Positions 53,368 through 63,337 of a DNA stretch of 64,000 nucleotides are shown here, one piece after another. The stretch lies in contig CAWGMQ010000011.1 of the NCBI GenBank assembly GCA_963823665.1, forward strand, positions 480,001-544,000. The letters are read 5' to 3'. Each line of letters opens with the position of its first letter. Position 1 is the stretch's first letter. Below the pieces are notes generated by a model. It was not told the DNA's origin. It saw nothing but the letters and a program-made list of their open reading frames with translations, and did no database searches. Source of the DNA: an uncultured Planctomycetota bacterium. GTDB taxonomy: Bacteria; Planctomycetota; Planctomycetia; Isosphaerales; Isosphaeraceae. A program made the translations under genes and the position numbers.

Positions 53368-53820
53368 TGCGGCCCGCAGGATTCGAACCTGCAACCAAGG
53401 GATTCAAGGGCCCTCGCGTTTCCACGAGGCTTGGACTATCTCATCCTCCAGGTTCCTTTGCATCCAGGAAGGCGACCGGAACGAATTCCGGGCAGTTCTT
53501 CTGGATGCGATCGTCCTCTGGAGGCCGGGCGCTCGGGGCGGGGGTTATTGTTGGGGCTCACCCCGCTAGTCTCTGAACCTTCCTGGCCACCAGTGCCCGG
53601 CCAGGCTTGGCTGCGGATTGCCCTACCGAAGAAACAAGTCGGACAGATCGAGAACATCGGTCAGGAAAGGTCGTGCGAACGACCAAACCACCCGAGTAAC
53701 CGCCGCTCTGATCCTCTCGGTTTAGGTTTCCCGCAATTCACCCGGTTCGCAGTCGAAGGTTTCCCTCCGTTGCCACCTTTTGTTGATGAGTCCCCTGCTC
53801 TGCCGTTGAGCTAGGGCCGC
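53368..53820 (-). tRNA. tRNA with CAT anticodon (most likely tRNA-Ile2), intron-split; CCA not encoded
   Basis: Exon 1 53820-53786 GCGGCCCTAGCTCAACGGCAGAGCAGGGGACTCAT + exon 2 53404-53368 AATCCCTTGGTTGCAGGTTCGAATCCTGCGGGCCGCA fold to a full cloverleaf; paired G1-C72 argues against fMet. Confidence 0.92.
53405..53785 (-). ncRNA. Group I self-splicing intron (381 nt, no ORF)
   Basis: P AATTGCGGGAAA (53727-38), Q AATCCGCAGC (53610-19), R GTTCAGAGACTA (53567-78), S GAGATAGTCC (53433-42); P1 U.G at the 5' splice site; terminal G. Confidence 0.92.
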
Positions 53821-53935
53821 TTGTGAACTGATCGACGATATTGTTGCCGTGCAAGGTCGCACACGGCAAGGCTGTCTGTGTCGGGGAAAGCCTGGCGCCC
53901 TCGGAACGTCAGGCCGAAAGCCTGAGATACGGGAC

Positions 53936-53957
53936 GTCAGGCTGAAGCCTGACCTAC
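53936..53957 (-). repeat. GTAG-type REP (identical copy at 63316-63337)
   Basis: GTAGGTCAGGCTTCAGCCTGAC; degenerate copy at ~53907-53926. Confidence 0.8.
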
Positions 53958-54008
53958 TGGGCGAATCTTGTCCGGCAAGATTTGAGACAAGCCGGGGCGA
54001 GATCGGGT

Positions 54009-54887
54009 TCAAGTTGAAGACACAGCCGTCGCCGTGGCGGTCATCGCTGAGCGCATCTTCGGCAGCCGGATGTCGTAGGCGATCCGGCAAAACTTCATGG
54101 CTTGAATCGAGAGATAAGTCAGGTCGATTTCCCACCAGCGGAGCCCGTGCCGGGCCGACGTTTGATAGGCGTGGTGATTGTTGTGCCAGCCCTCGCCATA
54201 CGTCAGAAGGGCCACCCACCACAGATTCGTCGACCGGTCTCTCGTGAGGTGCGAGCGGTAGCCCCACACGTGACTCGCCGAATTCACCAGCCAGGTGGAG
54301 TGCAAAACAAATACCGATCGCACAAAACCGCCCCAGACGAACCAGGGCATCCCGCCAACCATAAACAACCCGAGGAAGAGCAGGAGCGGAAAGACGAAGT
54401 GCCAGCGCTCAAGAAACATGTGCACCGGGTCTTTGCACAGGTCGGGACACCACTTCTTGTAATACTCGAGCGTGTGCTCAGACTCGTCGTCAACCTTCAT
54501 CCACCAGGCCATGTGTGCCCACAGGAAGCCACGCAGCGGCGTGTGGGTGTCGTCTTCCTCGTCGGAATGTGCATGGTGCTTGCGGTGATCGGCAATCCAG
54601 CCAATCGCGCCGCCTTCCGAGGCGCAGCAGCCGATGATCGTCAGAACGTACTCAAGCCACTGCGGACGGAGTGCAAAACTGCGGTGCGTCAGCAGGCGGT
54701 GGTACGCAAGGCAGATCCCGATGCCCCCCGTCAGCCAGTGCAGGAGAATGCAAACGGCCAGCCCGCTCCAGGAAAAAAATGCGGGCACAAATGCAAGCAA
54801 GGCGAGGGCGTGCAAGGACCCAATCCAGATCAGAGGGCCCCAGGAGAGCCGTGCCGGCGCAGGTTGCGCCGTGGTCGTTGTCGTCAT
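54009..54887 (-). CDS. Delta-9 acyl-lipid/acyl-CoA desaturase
   Basis: HRLLTH, HRKHH, VNSASH.WG, GEGWHNNHH, WWEID. Confidence 0.95.
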   Translation of the reverse strand: MTTTTTAQPAPARLSWGPLIWIGSLHALALLAFVPAFFSWSGLAVCILLHWLTGGIGICLAYHRLLTHRSFALRPQWLEYVLTIIGCCASEGGAIGWIADHRKHHAHSDEEDDTHTPLRGFLWAHMAWWMKVDDESEHTLEYYKKWCPDLCKDPVHMFLERWHFVFPLLLFLGLFMVGGMPWFVWGGFVRSVFVLHSTWLVNSASHVWGYRSHLTRDRSTNLWWVALLTYGEGWHNNHHAYQTSARHGLRWWEIDLTYLSIQAMKFCRIAYDIRLPKMRSAMTATATAVSST

Positions 54888-55393
54888 AATCAACCTTTGT
54901 TCGTATACATCGCTGAGGATGGATTCGTGTTGGTGGGAGGGCTACGCGAAGAGGCGCGGCATGTTTAGTGGCAGGTCTATCGGGGTATCGACTCGCACGT
55001 GGTTGCCCTGAAATGCTATAGTTGCTATCGCGCCTCAATTCAAGCCCGATGCGGATTTACGTACCTACATTATTGGGACGTCGCTTGCACCCAGAATCGC
55101 TCCGAGCATCCACTTTTTGGCGGATTCATCGTTGAACACCGGCCTTTCGCTGTAAAAATGAAGCGATGGGGTAAACTAGGTGTTTAGAGAAAAATGCAAC
55201 GACACGAAGCTCTTGGATGAGAAGGCACTGTGGGGAAAGCTTACGGTGGGTCTGGCCCGAATTCATCCGCACGCACTGCTTTGCGGTCTGATTGTGATCG
55301 GTCGCACGTGAAATCTGGGCAGGACCGCCGTCCAGACTCTGACGGCCGAGATTGTCCAGGTGAGGACTGAGCGGCCGTGAGCCGCGACTGCTC

Positions 55394-56569
55394 ATGAAGC
55401 TCAAGTGTCAGCCGGAAGACTTTCGCGTGGAAGAGCTTCCGCTGGTGTCACCGGCCCGCGGCGGCCGTTACGGGTTTTACAGACTCACGAAACGCAACCT
55501 CGGAACGCTCGAAGCGATCGAGCTGGTCGCCAGGCGCTGGAACGTCGCCGGGCGACGGATTTCCTACGGCGGACTGAAGGACCGGCACGCGCTCACGACG
55601 CAGTACCTCACAATCTTCGATGGCCCGCGGCAATCCATCGAGAACGCGGCCTTTTCGCTTGAGCACCTGGGCGGCTTGAATCATCCCTATCGGGCGGCGA
55701 ACTTTCGCGGCAACCGGTTTGACCTGGTCCTCCGCGACCTCGTGCCTGCGGAAGCAATTCGCGTGCTGGAACTCGTCAACTCGCTCGGGTCTGGCGGCCT
55801 GCCGAATTATTTTGACGACCAGCGATTTGGCTCGGTCGGGTACTCCGGCGAGTTCATTGCGCATGCGTGGCTCAAGGGCGACGCCGAACGCGCGCTTGAG
55901 CTGGCGCTCGCGGAGGCCAATCCGTCCGATCGTTCCGGCGTCAAGGCCCAGAAAGCCGTCCTGCGCGAGTGCTGGGGCAAGTGGAGTGCCGCCAAAGCCC
56001 GGCTCGAGCGCTCGCCAACACGCAGCATCGTCACGTACCTGGTGGATCACCCCACCGATTTTCGGGGTGCCTTCGCGCGGATGCGGCGCGAGCTGCGTAC
56101 GCTCTACTTTTCTGCATTTCAGAGTCACTTGTGGAATTTGGTCCTGGCTCGCACGATCGAGCGATGTACGACACCCTCAGAGCGGATTACCGTTGGGCTC
56201 AAGGGTCGCGAATTTCCGTTTCCGGTCGCGCTTGCGCCCGATCACGCCGCTGCGCTGCGCGACTGGCCGATTCCGCTCCCTTCGTCCAGGAACGTGCTGC
56301 CTGAAGGCCCGCGCGGCGAGATAATCCAGGAGGTGCTGGCCGAGTATCAACTGACCTGGCCCGATCTCAGAGTGCGCCACCTCAAGGATGTCTTCTTCTC
56401 GAAGGGATCGCGGCCGGCACTCGTTTCGCCCGAGAATCTGCGGGCCGAAATCAACGATGACGAGCTCCACGCCGGAAGGAAGGCGCTGCGGCTCGCATTC
56501 GAGCTGGGAAAAGGGTCTTACGCGACGATTCTGGTCAAGTGCATCACCGCGGGGGCGGGGCGCGTATGA
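55394..56569 (+). CDS. truD: tRNA pseudouridine(13) synthase
   Basis: PEDFRVEE, GLKDRHALTTQ, GNRF, PNYFDDQRFG, FELGKGSYAT. Confidence 0.95.
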   Translation: MKLKCQPEDFRVEELPLVSPARGGRYGFYRLTKRNLGTLEAIELVARRWNVAGRRISYGGLKDRHALTTQYLTIFDGPRQSIENAAFSLEHLGGLNHPYRAANFRGNRFDLVLRDLVPAEAIRVLELVNSLGSGGLPNYFDDQRFGSVGYSGEFIAHAWLKGDAERALELALAEANPSDRSGVKAQKAVLRECWGKWSAAKARLERSPTRSIVTYLVDHPTDFRGAFARMRRELRTLYFSAFQSHLWNLVLARTIERCTTPSERITVGLKGREFPFPVALAPDHAAALRDWPIPLPSSRNVLPEGPRGEIIQEVLAEYQLTWPDLRVRHLKDVFFSKGSRPALVSPENLRAEINDDELHAGRKALRLAFELGKGSYATILVKCITAGAGRV

Positions 56570-57303
56570 TCGAGCTGGAAGTCCTTTACGAGGACAACCA
56601 CTGTTTGGCCGTCAACAAGCCCGCGGGCCTTCTCTCGCAGGGTGATCGGTCGGGCGACCCGAGCCTGGTCGAGGTTGCCTCTCTCTACCTCAAGACTCTC
56701 TACCAGAAGCCTGGAAGGGTGTACGTGGGGCTGCTGCATCGTCTGGACCGGCCGGTGTCGGGCGCGATGATTCTGGCCAAGACGAGCAAGGCGGCCGCAC
56801 GCCTGTCGGAGCAATTTCGCTCGGGGAAGATCGGAAAACTTTACTGGGCGATTGTTGACGGCACGCCGCCGGCTGGTTCCGGCAGTTGGACCGACGTGCT
56901 CGCCAAGGACCGCCGCGGCAACCGTAGCTTCACGGAGGCAGAAGAAGATTCTGCCGGCAAAGAAGCCTCGGTCAAGTATCGGGTGATTGAACGATGGGGT
57001 TCGCGGTCGAAGCTCGAGCTCGAGCCGCGCTCGGGCCGAAGTCATCAGCTTCGGGTGCAGCTTTCATCCCGAGGATTTCCTGTCCTGGGAGATATCAAGT
57101 ATGGGTCAAAAGTGCGTCTGAAAGCACTTGACGGATGCTTGCGCATCGCGCTTCACGCGCGCCAGATCACTTTCACGCATCCGACCCGCCATGAACCAAT
57201 CACGATCGTTGCGCCGGTCCCGGCAGACTGGCCCGAATCGACGCCCGGCGGGCCGGAATCAAGTTGCGGCTCCAGTAAGCCAGCGGCAGGCCCACGCACG
57301 TGA
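56566..57303 (+). CDS. RluA-family pseudouridine synthase
   Basis: VNKPAG, HRLDRPVSG, GRSHQLRVQL, GDIKYG, LHA; ATGA overlap with truD. Confidence 0.95.
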   Translation: MIELEVLYEDNHCLAVNKPAGLLSQGDRSGDPSLVEVASLYLKTLYQKPGRVYVGLLHRLDRPVSGAMILAKTSKAAARLSEQFRSGKIGKLYWAIVDGTPPAGSGSWTDVLAKDRRGNRSFTEAEEDSAGKEASVKYRVIERWGSRSKLELEPRSGRSHQLRVQLSSRGFPVLGDIKYGSKVRLKALDGCLRIALHARQITFTHPTRHEPITIVAPVPADWPESTPGGPESSCGSSKPAAGPRT

Positions 57304-58922
57304 CGATGATCGCCGTGAACGACCGCCAGGACAGTGGGTTGCCCGGAAGCGCCCCATCGACAGGGGGCTGGCTGCCGTAGCTTGGTGCCGCGGGCTCGAG
57401 AACGGGTGGCATGGACGACGGGGTTTCCTGCGCAGGAGCGGATGAGGGCGCGGGGCGAGCCGCCGGGGTCGTTCGAGTCTCGGGAGTGGCGAGTGCGGTT
57501 TTCGGAGCGGCGTCCTCTGTTCGAACTGGTGTGGGAGGGGCGGGAGGTGAGGCAAGGGAAATGACGGGGTCGGCGGCGCTTGCACGCGAGCGGTCGTCGT
57601 CCGTCGAGCCGGTTCGAGCCGGGGGCAGCGTTGAGACGTACCTGGTCACAGCGGACCAGTACTCCTTATTTGACAATCCCAGCTCTTCGGCTTCGCGTCG
57701 CGCGACTTGCTCTTCGGCACGGTCGGTGACGACGCGCCGGATGTACCACAGTGCACCTGAGCGAGTGCCGTCGGAGTCGAAGAAATAGAGCGGCCGAGCT
57801 TCGGCCGCGGCGACCTCGAACGCAAATCGCGCGACATGCTCGCGATCGATCGAGCCGGGGCCGATTGGCAGCGCGATGTATCGCAATCCGCGTTTGGTGG
57901 CATCGGCGATGAAGGCAGGTTGCACCTCCCCGGACTCGCGCAGATCGAGCAAGGTGCGATAGCCCTTCTCGACGAGCCAGTCGAGCCCGGCGCTGGAGGG
58001 AAGGCTGCCGCCGGCGAGCTTGAGGTCGACGGCCAGGAAGCGAGTGAGCCCCGGCCCGACGCTCGCGGAGGTCGCGGGCTCGGGCGCGGGGAGGTTGATC
58101 GAAGTCAGCTCAACCTCGCTCGCAAGGGCGGCGGGGGTTTCGTTCTTCGGGTCCGGCTTGTTCGCGGCCGTCTTGCCGGTTGACGCCGGCTCGGCCGCGG
58201 GCCGGGCCGCCGCCGGTGGAGGCACCGGCGGCGTGGAAGAAGACCGGGGGACGTCGCCGGGCAAGTCGAGCGGCGGGATGTTGTCGAGCGGGTCTGGCTC
58301 GCCAGCGGACTGGCTGCCTGAGCCCGCACGCGAGGGCACCTGGGCCGACCGCGCGGTCGGCTCAGGCGTCGTCACGGTCGTTTTGATGTTGTTTTCGTTG
58401 CGCCGGCGTGCGATTCGCGTTCCGGAATCCTGGCCGCGAGTCTGGTAGCTCGCGCCCTGGGGCCCGGTACGGGAATGCGCCGTTGCCCGGCGGCGTGACG
58501 ACCCTGGACTTCGCAGTCGGATCGACGGGGTTGGCCGGGCCAAGCTCGGTCGACGAATCGGTCGAGCCGGGTGGATTGACTACCCGTGCTCCAGATGAAT
58601 AGCTCGGAACCACGCCCGGGGTGACAACAGCCGACGGTACGGCGTCCACAACCGTGCCATCGCTGACGATTCCGGGCTCACAGCAATCGGCGGCGCGGGG
58701 GCGATTGAAGACGCGGGCCGATGTCCGGCTGAAGAAGCCGCACGGGCCGAAGAGCCCGCTGCCGTCGCCGCAGTGCGCGAGCGGCCCGGATTGACATCCG
58801 CTTTGCAACAAAGCCAGGCAAGCGAGTAATCCCAGGGCTGGAAGCGAGCGGCACCAGTGCCGCTTGCGCGGGGGCTCGCCGCGGGTCGCTCTCCCCGCGT
58901 GTAACCAATCGAGGCAGAACAT
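57200..58922 (-). CDS. Putative lipoprotein with a phosphatase-like (DSP/DUF442-like) domain and C-terminal TM; frameshift at ~58480
   Basis: Lipobox-like LQSGC in ORF 58362..58922; 'GYRTLLDLR..YIALPI..RPLYFFDSDGTRSGALW' in ORF 57200..58543. Confidence 0.65.
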
Positions 58923-59364
58923 GTTACGCTACTCCTGTTCTCCGACACCGCCGCGCGCATCGTCCTGTCGCTCGATCCCGCGCGGAAATTCGCGGAATCG
59001 AGCTGCCGAACGAGCCATCCGTGGCAAGGAGACGATGCACGTCGGGACGCTCGGGGTGCCAATCAAGGGTTCGGTGAAAGTTCCCAGGAGCGTCGATCGG
59101 GCTGCTCGGCGATCCGGATTTGACGAGTCGGCGGGCCCTGACGATCTTGACGATCGAATACCCGGCGAACTGGCCAAAACGGACCGTCGAGCTCGACCGA
59201 CGCATCGGCCGGAAGACTCGACGGCAACCCTCGTGAAAGAGTCGCCGATGAAACTTAGCCGACGATCGGCGCGTTGCCAAAGAAACGAATCGATTTCTAG
59301 AATGAGTCGTCGGGTGTATGTCATGCAGTCGCTAAATCGCTCAGACCTTCTCTCGGAAACCGGG

Positions 59365-60729
59365 ATGACGCCGGCCCTAAATCACGCCCCTCCGGCAACC
59401 TCAGCCCGGTTCCGCATCAGCCGGACGTGGAACGCGGCCCTGATTTTTTGCGCCGCGCTTCTGGTGTTCGGGTCGAGCCTCCACTCGCGCTACTTCGAGG
59501 ATGAGTACGCGTACATCAACCAGAGCTATTACGCGGACCTGTTTTTCAGCCGCCAGCTCAACCACCCGCTCTGGCTGGATATGCCGGCGACCGATTTGCA
59601 GCCGCTTCCCAAATACTTGATCGGGCTCGCTTTTCGCCTGACGAGTTTGCCCATGCCGACCCGTGCGGATGCCTGGAAGTGGTATTTGCACGACGACTAC
59701 CATAGATTCGGAGGCCCTTCGACGCTTCTGGCCGCGCGGGTCCCGATCATTCCACTGGGTGCGCTTGGTTGTCTTGCGCTCTTTGCCTGCGGCGCGATCG
59801 TGAAGGACGCGCGCGTGGGAACAATCGCCGCGTTATTGCTCATGATCAACCCGCTTTACTCCCTTCACGCCCATCGGGCCATGGCGGATGTTCCCTACGA
59901 AGCCTTCATGCTGTCGGCGCTGGCGGTCTGGCTCGCGATGTGGTCGCGCGTCTGGGAAAGGGGTGCGCCCGTTGCCTGGCTGGTTCTTCCCTGGCTGGCG
60001 GGGCTGCTCGCGGGGATGTCGCTGCTCTGCAAGTTGAACGGTTTCATCTCGCTTGCGAACGTCGCGGCGGCATGCGGGCTCACGTGGGTGCTGCCCGGTC
60101 TTTCGATCGGCCGCAAACTCGCGATCACGGCCGCGACAATTGTCACCGTCGGGGGTGCACTTGCCGTCGCCGTGGCGCTCAATCCCTACCTGACTGCGAA
60201 ACCGGCAGAGCTGGTTGAAGGCATCGACCCTGCACTGGTGTCGAAGAACGTGTGGGAGCGCTTTCTCAACCAGGTGAGCGTTCGCCTCGAGATCTCGAAC
60301 AACCAGAAAAAGAGCTATCGCACCGACGCTCTGGTGAATGTTCCCGAGAGGGCAGAAGTGATCCTTGTGCAGGGATTCGGGCGGTTCGGGCCGTTCGGGC
60401 CGCGCGCGGCGGATTCAAGAGTGCGATTCGACTTGAGCCAGGATTGGGGAGCCGTGATCTGGCTGCCGTTTGTCTGCTTCGGGTTGTATCAGTCCGTGCG
60501 GCTGGGCCTGGCACAGCTTCGCGCCGGCAAGCCGCCCGGTGCGCTGGTCGTCGTGGTCTGGGCCATGATTTCCGGGGTCGTTGTCACGATCTATCTGCCG
60601 ATGGCCTGGGACCGCTATCAGCTTCCGATTCAGAGCGGCAACGCGCTCCTGGCCGCGGTCGGCGTATCTGCGCTCTGGGAACGACTGGTGGCGGCGTCAG
60701 GTTTCCGGCCCGATCTCGCGAGGGGTTGA
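59365..60729 (+). CDS. PMT/ArnT-like (GT-C) membrane glycosyltransferase
   Basis: DE motif, 'LQPLPKYLIG', AMAD, K.NG, WDRY; many TMs; start uncertain. Confidence 0.8.
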   Translation: MTPALNHAPPATSARFRISRTWNAALIFCAALLVFGSSLHSRYFEDEYAYINQSYYADLFFSRQLNHPLWLDMPATDLQPLPKYLIGLAFRLTSLPMPTRADAWKWYLHDDYHRFGGPSTLLAARVPIIPLGALGCLALFACGAIVKDARVGTIAALLLMINPLYSLHAHRAMADVPYEAFMLSALAVWLAMWSRVWERGAPVAWLVLPWLAGLLAGMSLLCKLNGFISLANVAAACGLTWVLPGLSIGRKLAITAATIVTVGGALAVAVALNPYLTAKPAELVEGIDPALVSKNVWERFLNQVSVRLEISNNQKKSYRTDALVNVPERAEVILVQGFGRFGPFGPRAADSRVRFDLSQDWGAVIWLPFVCFGLYQSVRLGLAQLRAGKPPGALVVVVWAMISGVVVTIYLPMAWDRYQLPIQSGNALLAAVGVSALWERLVAASGFRPDLARG

Positions 60730-60732
60730 GGA

Positions 60733-62259
60733 ATGCGCGCGTTACTACGCAAGCCCGCGTGCTGGGTCTTCCTCATCCTGCTCTTGAGCAATGCATTCTT
60801 CTGGCATTCGCGCGACTGGAATACCGCGAGCAGGCTGATGCTCGTGTACTCACTGGTCGACCGGGGCACCGTCATCATCACGGGCCTGGAGGATCAAACG
60901 GGGGATAGGGCCAGGTTCGAGGGCCAGTATTATTCTGACAAGCCGCCCGGCTTCCCCTTGCTCGGCGCGGTGCCGTACCTGGCTTCGAAGCTGGCGCTGG
61001 GAATTCCTTCCCATCCCCTTGGCGGGAAACCGCTATCCTACTGGGCGGCCGACTACTGGGTGACGCTGTTCACCTCCGGATTACTGACCGCGCTCACCGG
61101 TGCACTCCTCTGCTACTGGTCGCGCTGCCTCGGCTGCAGGGCGGGCCGCGCTGCGCTATTGGGCCTGGCCTACGGGCTGGCCACACCGGCGTACGTGTAC
61201 GCCACCTTGTCCAGCGGCCACCAACCGACGGCGTTTGCGCTGTTCACATCGTTCTTCCTGCTCTGGCAGAACGGAGCGCGCCGGCGCCGCGCCCGGTCGT
61301 TCTTCGCCGGATTTCTGGCGGCCTACGCAGTTCTGATCGAGCTTCAGGCGGCACCGGTCTCGGTGATTCTGGGACTGTATCTCATTTTCCAGTCCGTTCG
61401 CGGTGGGCGCAGCGGCTCGGATCTGGCTGCTTTCGGAATCGGCGGGGCGATCCCGACGTTGATTCTTCTGGGCTACAATCAGCTTGCATTCGCTTCGCCG
61501 TGGGAGTTCGCCTATTTTCATCACGACAACCCCGAGTTTCGCGCAGTTCATAGCGCGCAGCACCCGCTGGGACTTGCCTGGCCCGAATCGTTCTGGGCGA
61601 GGGTATTCGCCCTTCTCTGGGGCCGGCATCGCGGACTGACGTTCTACGCGCCGATCCTGTTCTTGACGATTCCTGGGTGGGTTGTGCTTTGGGCTCGCCG
61701 ATGCTTCAGCGTGGCGTCGATGACGATGCTCGTCTGCGCTGCTGTCCTGATGGTCAACGTGTGCTATCCGGAATGGACCGGCGGCTGGTCGACCGGGCCG
61801 AGGTTGCTGGTGCCGCTGCTACCGTTTGCGGTCCTGCCCATTGCCGCTCTGCTCGCGGGAGAGTCAAGGCTCTCACGGGTCGCAACCTGGCTTGCCCTCG
61901 TGTTGGCTCTGGCGGGTGGAGCGGAGATGTTCCTCTTTCAGGGGGCCGACGGGCGAATTCCGCATGACGTCGATGACCCGATTGCGAACGGAGTCTGGCC
62001 GCTCTGGAGCGGAGAAGAGCCGATCCCGTGGTGGCGTTTCAACGAACGCTTCAGCCGGGACCTCACGGTCGTGGCCGCCCCGCAGTGGGTCGCAAGCCTC
62101 CCACCCCAATGGCAGTGGCTTCAGTTCTTGCCCCTGCTGGTCTTTCAAGCCGCCGGGATTCTCGCGCTTTGGCGATTTGGTCTCGACGGCGAGCGCGCGA
62201 AGTTGAGGTCGTCGTCGCTCGTTGACGGGCCGGAACCCCCCCTTGCCCTGGGCGGTTGA
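60733..62259 (+). CDS. Polytopic membrane protein, GT-C-like
   Basis: YYSDKPPG, GL.FYAP, 'GGWSTGPRLLVP'; starts 3 bp after the previous gene. Confidence 0.75.
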   Translation: MRALLRKPACWVFLILLLSNAFFWHSRDWNTASRLMLVYSLVDRGTVIITGLEDQTGDRARFEGQYYSDKPPGFPLLGAVPYLASKLALGIPSHPLGGKPLSYWAADYWVTLFTSGLLTALTGALLCYWSRCLGCRAGRAALLGLAYGLATPAYVYATLSSGHQPTAFALFTSFFLLWQNGARRRRARSFFAGFLAAYAVLIELQAAPVSVILGLYLIFQSVRGGRSGSDLAAFGIGGAIPTLILLGYNQLAFASPWEFAYFHHDNPEFRAVHSAQHPLGLAWPESFWARVFALLWGRHRGLTFYAPILFLTIPGWVVLWARRCFSVASMTMLVCAAVLMVNVCYPEWTGGWSTGPRLLVPLLPFAVLPIAALLAGESRLSRVATWLALVLALAGGAEMFLFQGADGRIPHDVDDPIANGVWPLWSGEEPIPWWRFNERFSRDLTVVAAPQWVASLPPQWQWLQFLPLLVFQAAGILALWRFGLDGERAKLRSSSLVDGPEPPLALGG

Positions 62260-62365
62260 TCATCAGAAAACGCCGTTTCTCCCGGTTGTGACCCTAACCT
62301 TGCTTCCATTGAAGTTCGCTCGAGAGCGGAACTACAACTTCTCAGCCCTCAAAACCACCGATTGG

Positions 62366-62553
62366 CGTCACGTCCTTACCACCATTGGACTTAAGTGTGA
62401 CGATTGAATAATCGGAACTCGGAGTTTTCCGCCGTAAACAACTGTGCGGCTAGTATTTATGGCGTGACGATGGAATAACCCGAACTCTGACGATTTCGGA
62501 CGTAAATTCCTGTGGTGACCAAAGTTACGGCGTGACGATGGAATTATCGGAAC
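62366..62553. repeat. Degenerate 67-68-bp tandem repeat (3 units) with internal palindrome
   Basis: GTGACGATKGAATWAYCSGAAC at 62397, 62464 and 62532. Confidence 0.8.
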
Positions 62554-63315
62554 ACTGGCTTGTTCACGGGCACTGAATCCGCATCATCGTCGCTTCCCGG
62601 CCACTCCGAAAAACCCCAGAAGCTGCACGGTCGCACCATGGACAGGCTCCCTTCCAGTGCCCTGAAAATTCGGCCCAAAACATAGTGAACAACACCCGCA
62701 ATCAAAAATGGCAATCTTGCGTGACCATTGCCAAAAGGTTTTGCCATCGCCGAAGAACGCCTGGCTCGATTCTCATTTGGGTATGCTCATTGTACTTACA
62801 GAGTAGCCACTCGACCAGAAGTTGTGGCTGCACTCATCGCGAAAATGGCAATAAGTGGCAATATTACGAGCCCCTTAAAGCATTCGTACACCAGTGTAAA
62901 CCGGCCACAGCTTGGTCCCGATCTTACGCTCCTATCTCGCTCCGACTCCAACAACCCAACGGCCGTCATCATCCGTCGCACTCCTCCCATAAACCCCGCG
63001 CACGAACTAGCTCCCGCCGGCTGCAAAACACCAACGCGCAGCGCACTACCTCATCTACAATATGCGACGACTTTACGACCTGAGGGCGCCAGCGACGGGG
63101 AGGTTTCCAGAAAGCTTCCGGGTTCGAGCGATCAGATCGATTAGCGCACTGAATTCATCATGCATCCGCGCGGTCGCAGGCGAAACGCCGGCCCCACAGC
63201 CATGTCGCCCAACTCTCGGCTACCGTCCTGCGCTTTGTTGACTTGGTTAACTTCTGTTGAAAATCCCCTCAGGGAAAGCCAGAGGAAAGCCAGACACCCA
63301 GCGATAGACGGACTA

Positions 63316-63337
63316 GTAGGTCAGGCTTCAGCCTGAC
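63316..63337 (+). repeat. GTAG-type REP
   Basis: GTAGGTCAGGCTTCAGCCTGAC, the reverse complement of 53936-53957. Confidence 0.8.

Noticed and set aside
53405..53785. Intron-encoded homing endonuclease
   Set aside because: The intron is too short and shows no LAGLIDADG, HNH or GIY-YIG motif
53368..53820. Initiator tRNA-fMet assignment, and ORFs overlapping the tRNA/intron
   Set aside because: The 1-72 pair is G-C and the body resembles Ile2; elongator Met is not fully excluded. The overlapping ORFs are incidental to an RNA gene
62390..62553. CRISPR mini-array (30-bp repeats, ~37-bp spacers)
   Set aside because: The repeats are degenerate, the two spacers resemble each other, and no cas genes are in the window; treated as a tandem repeat
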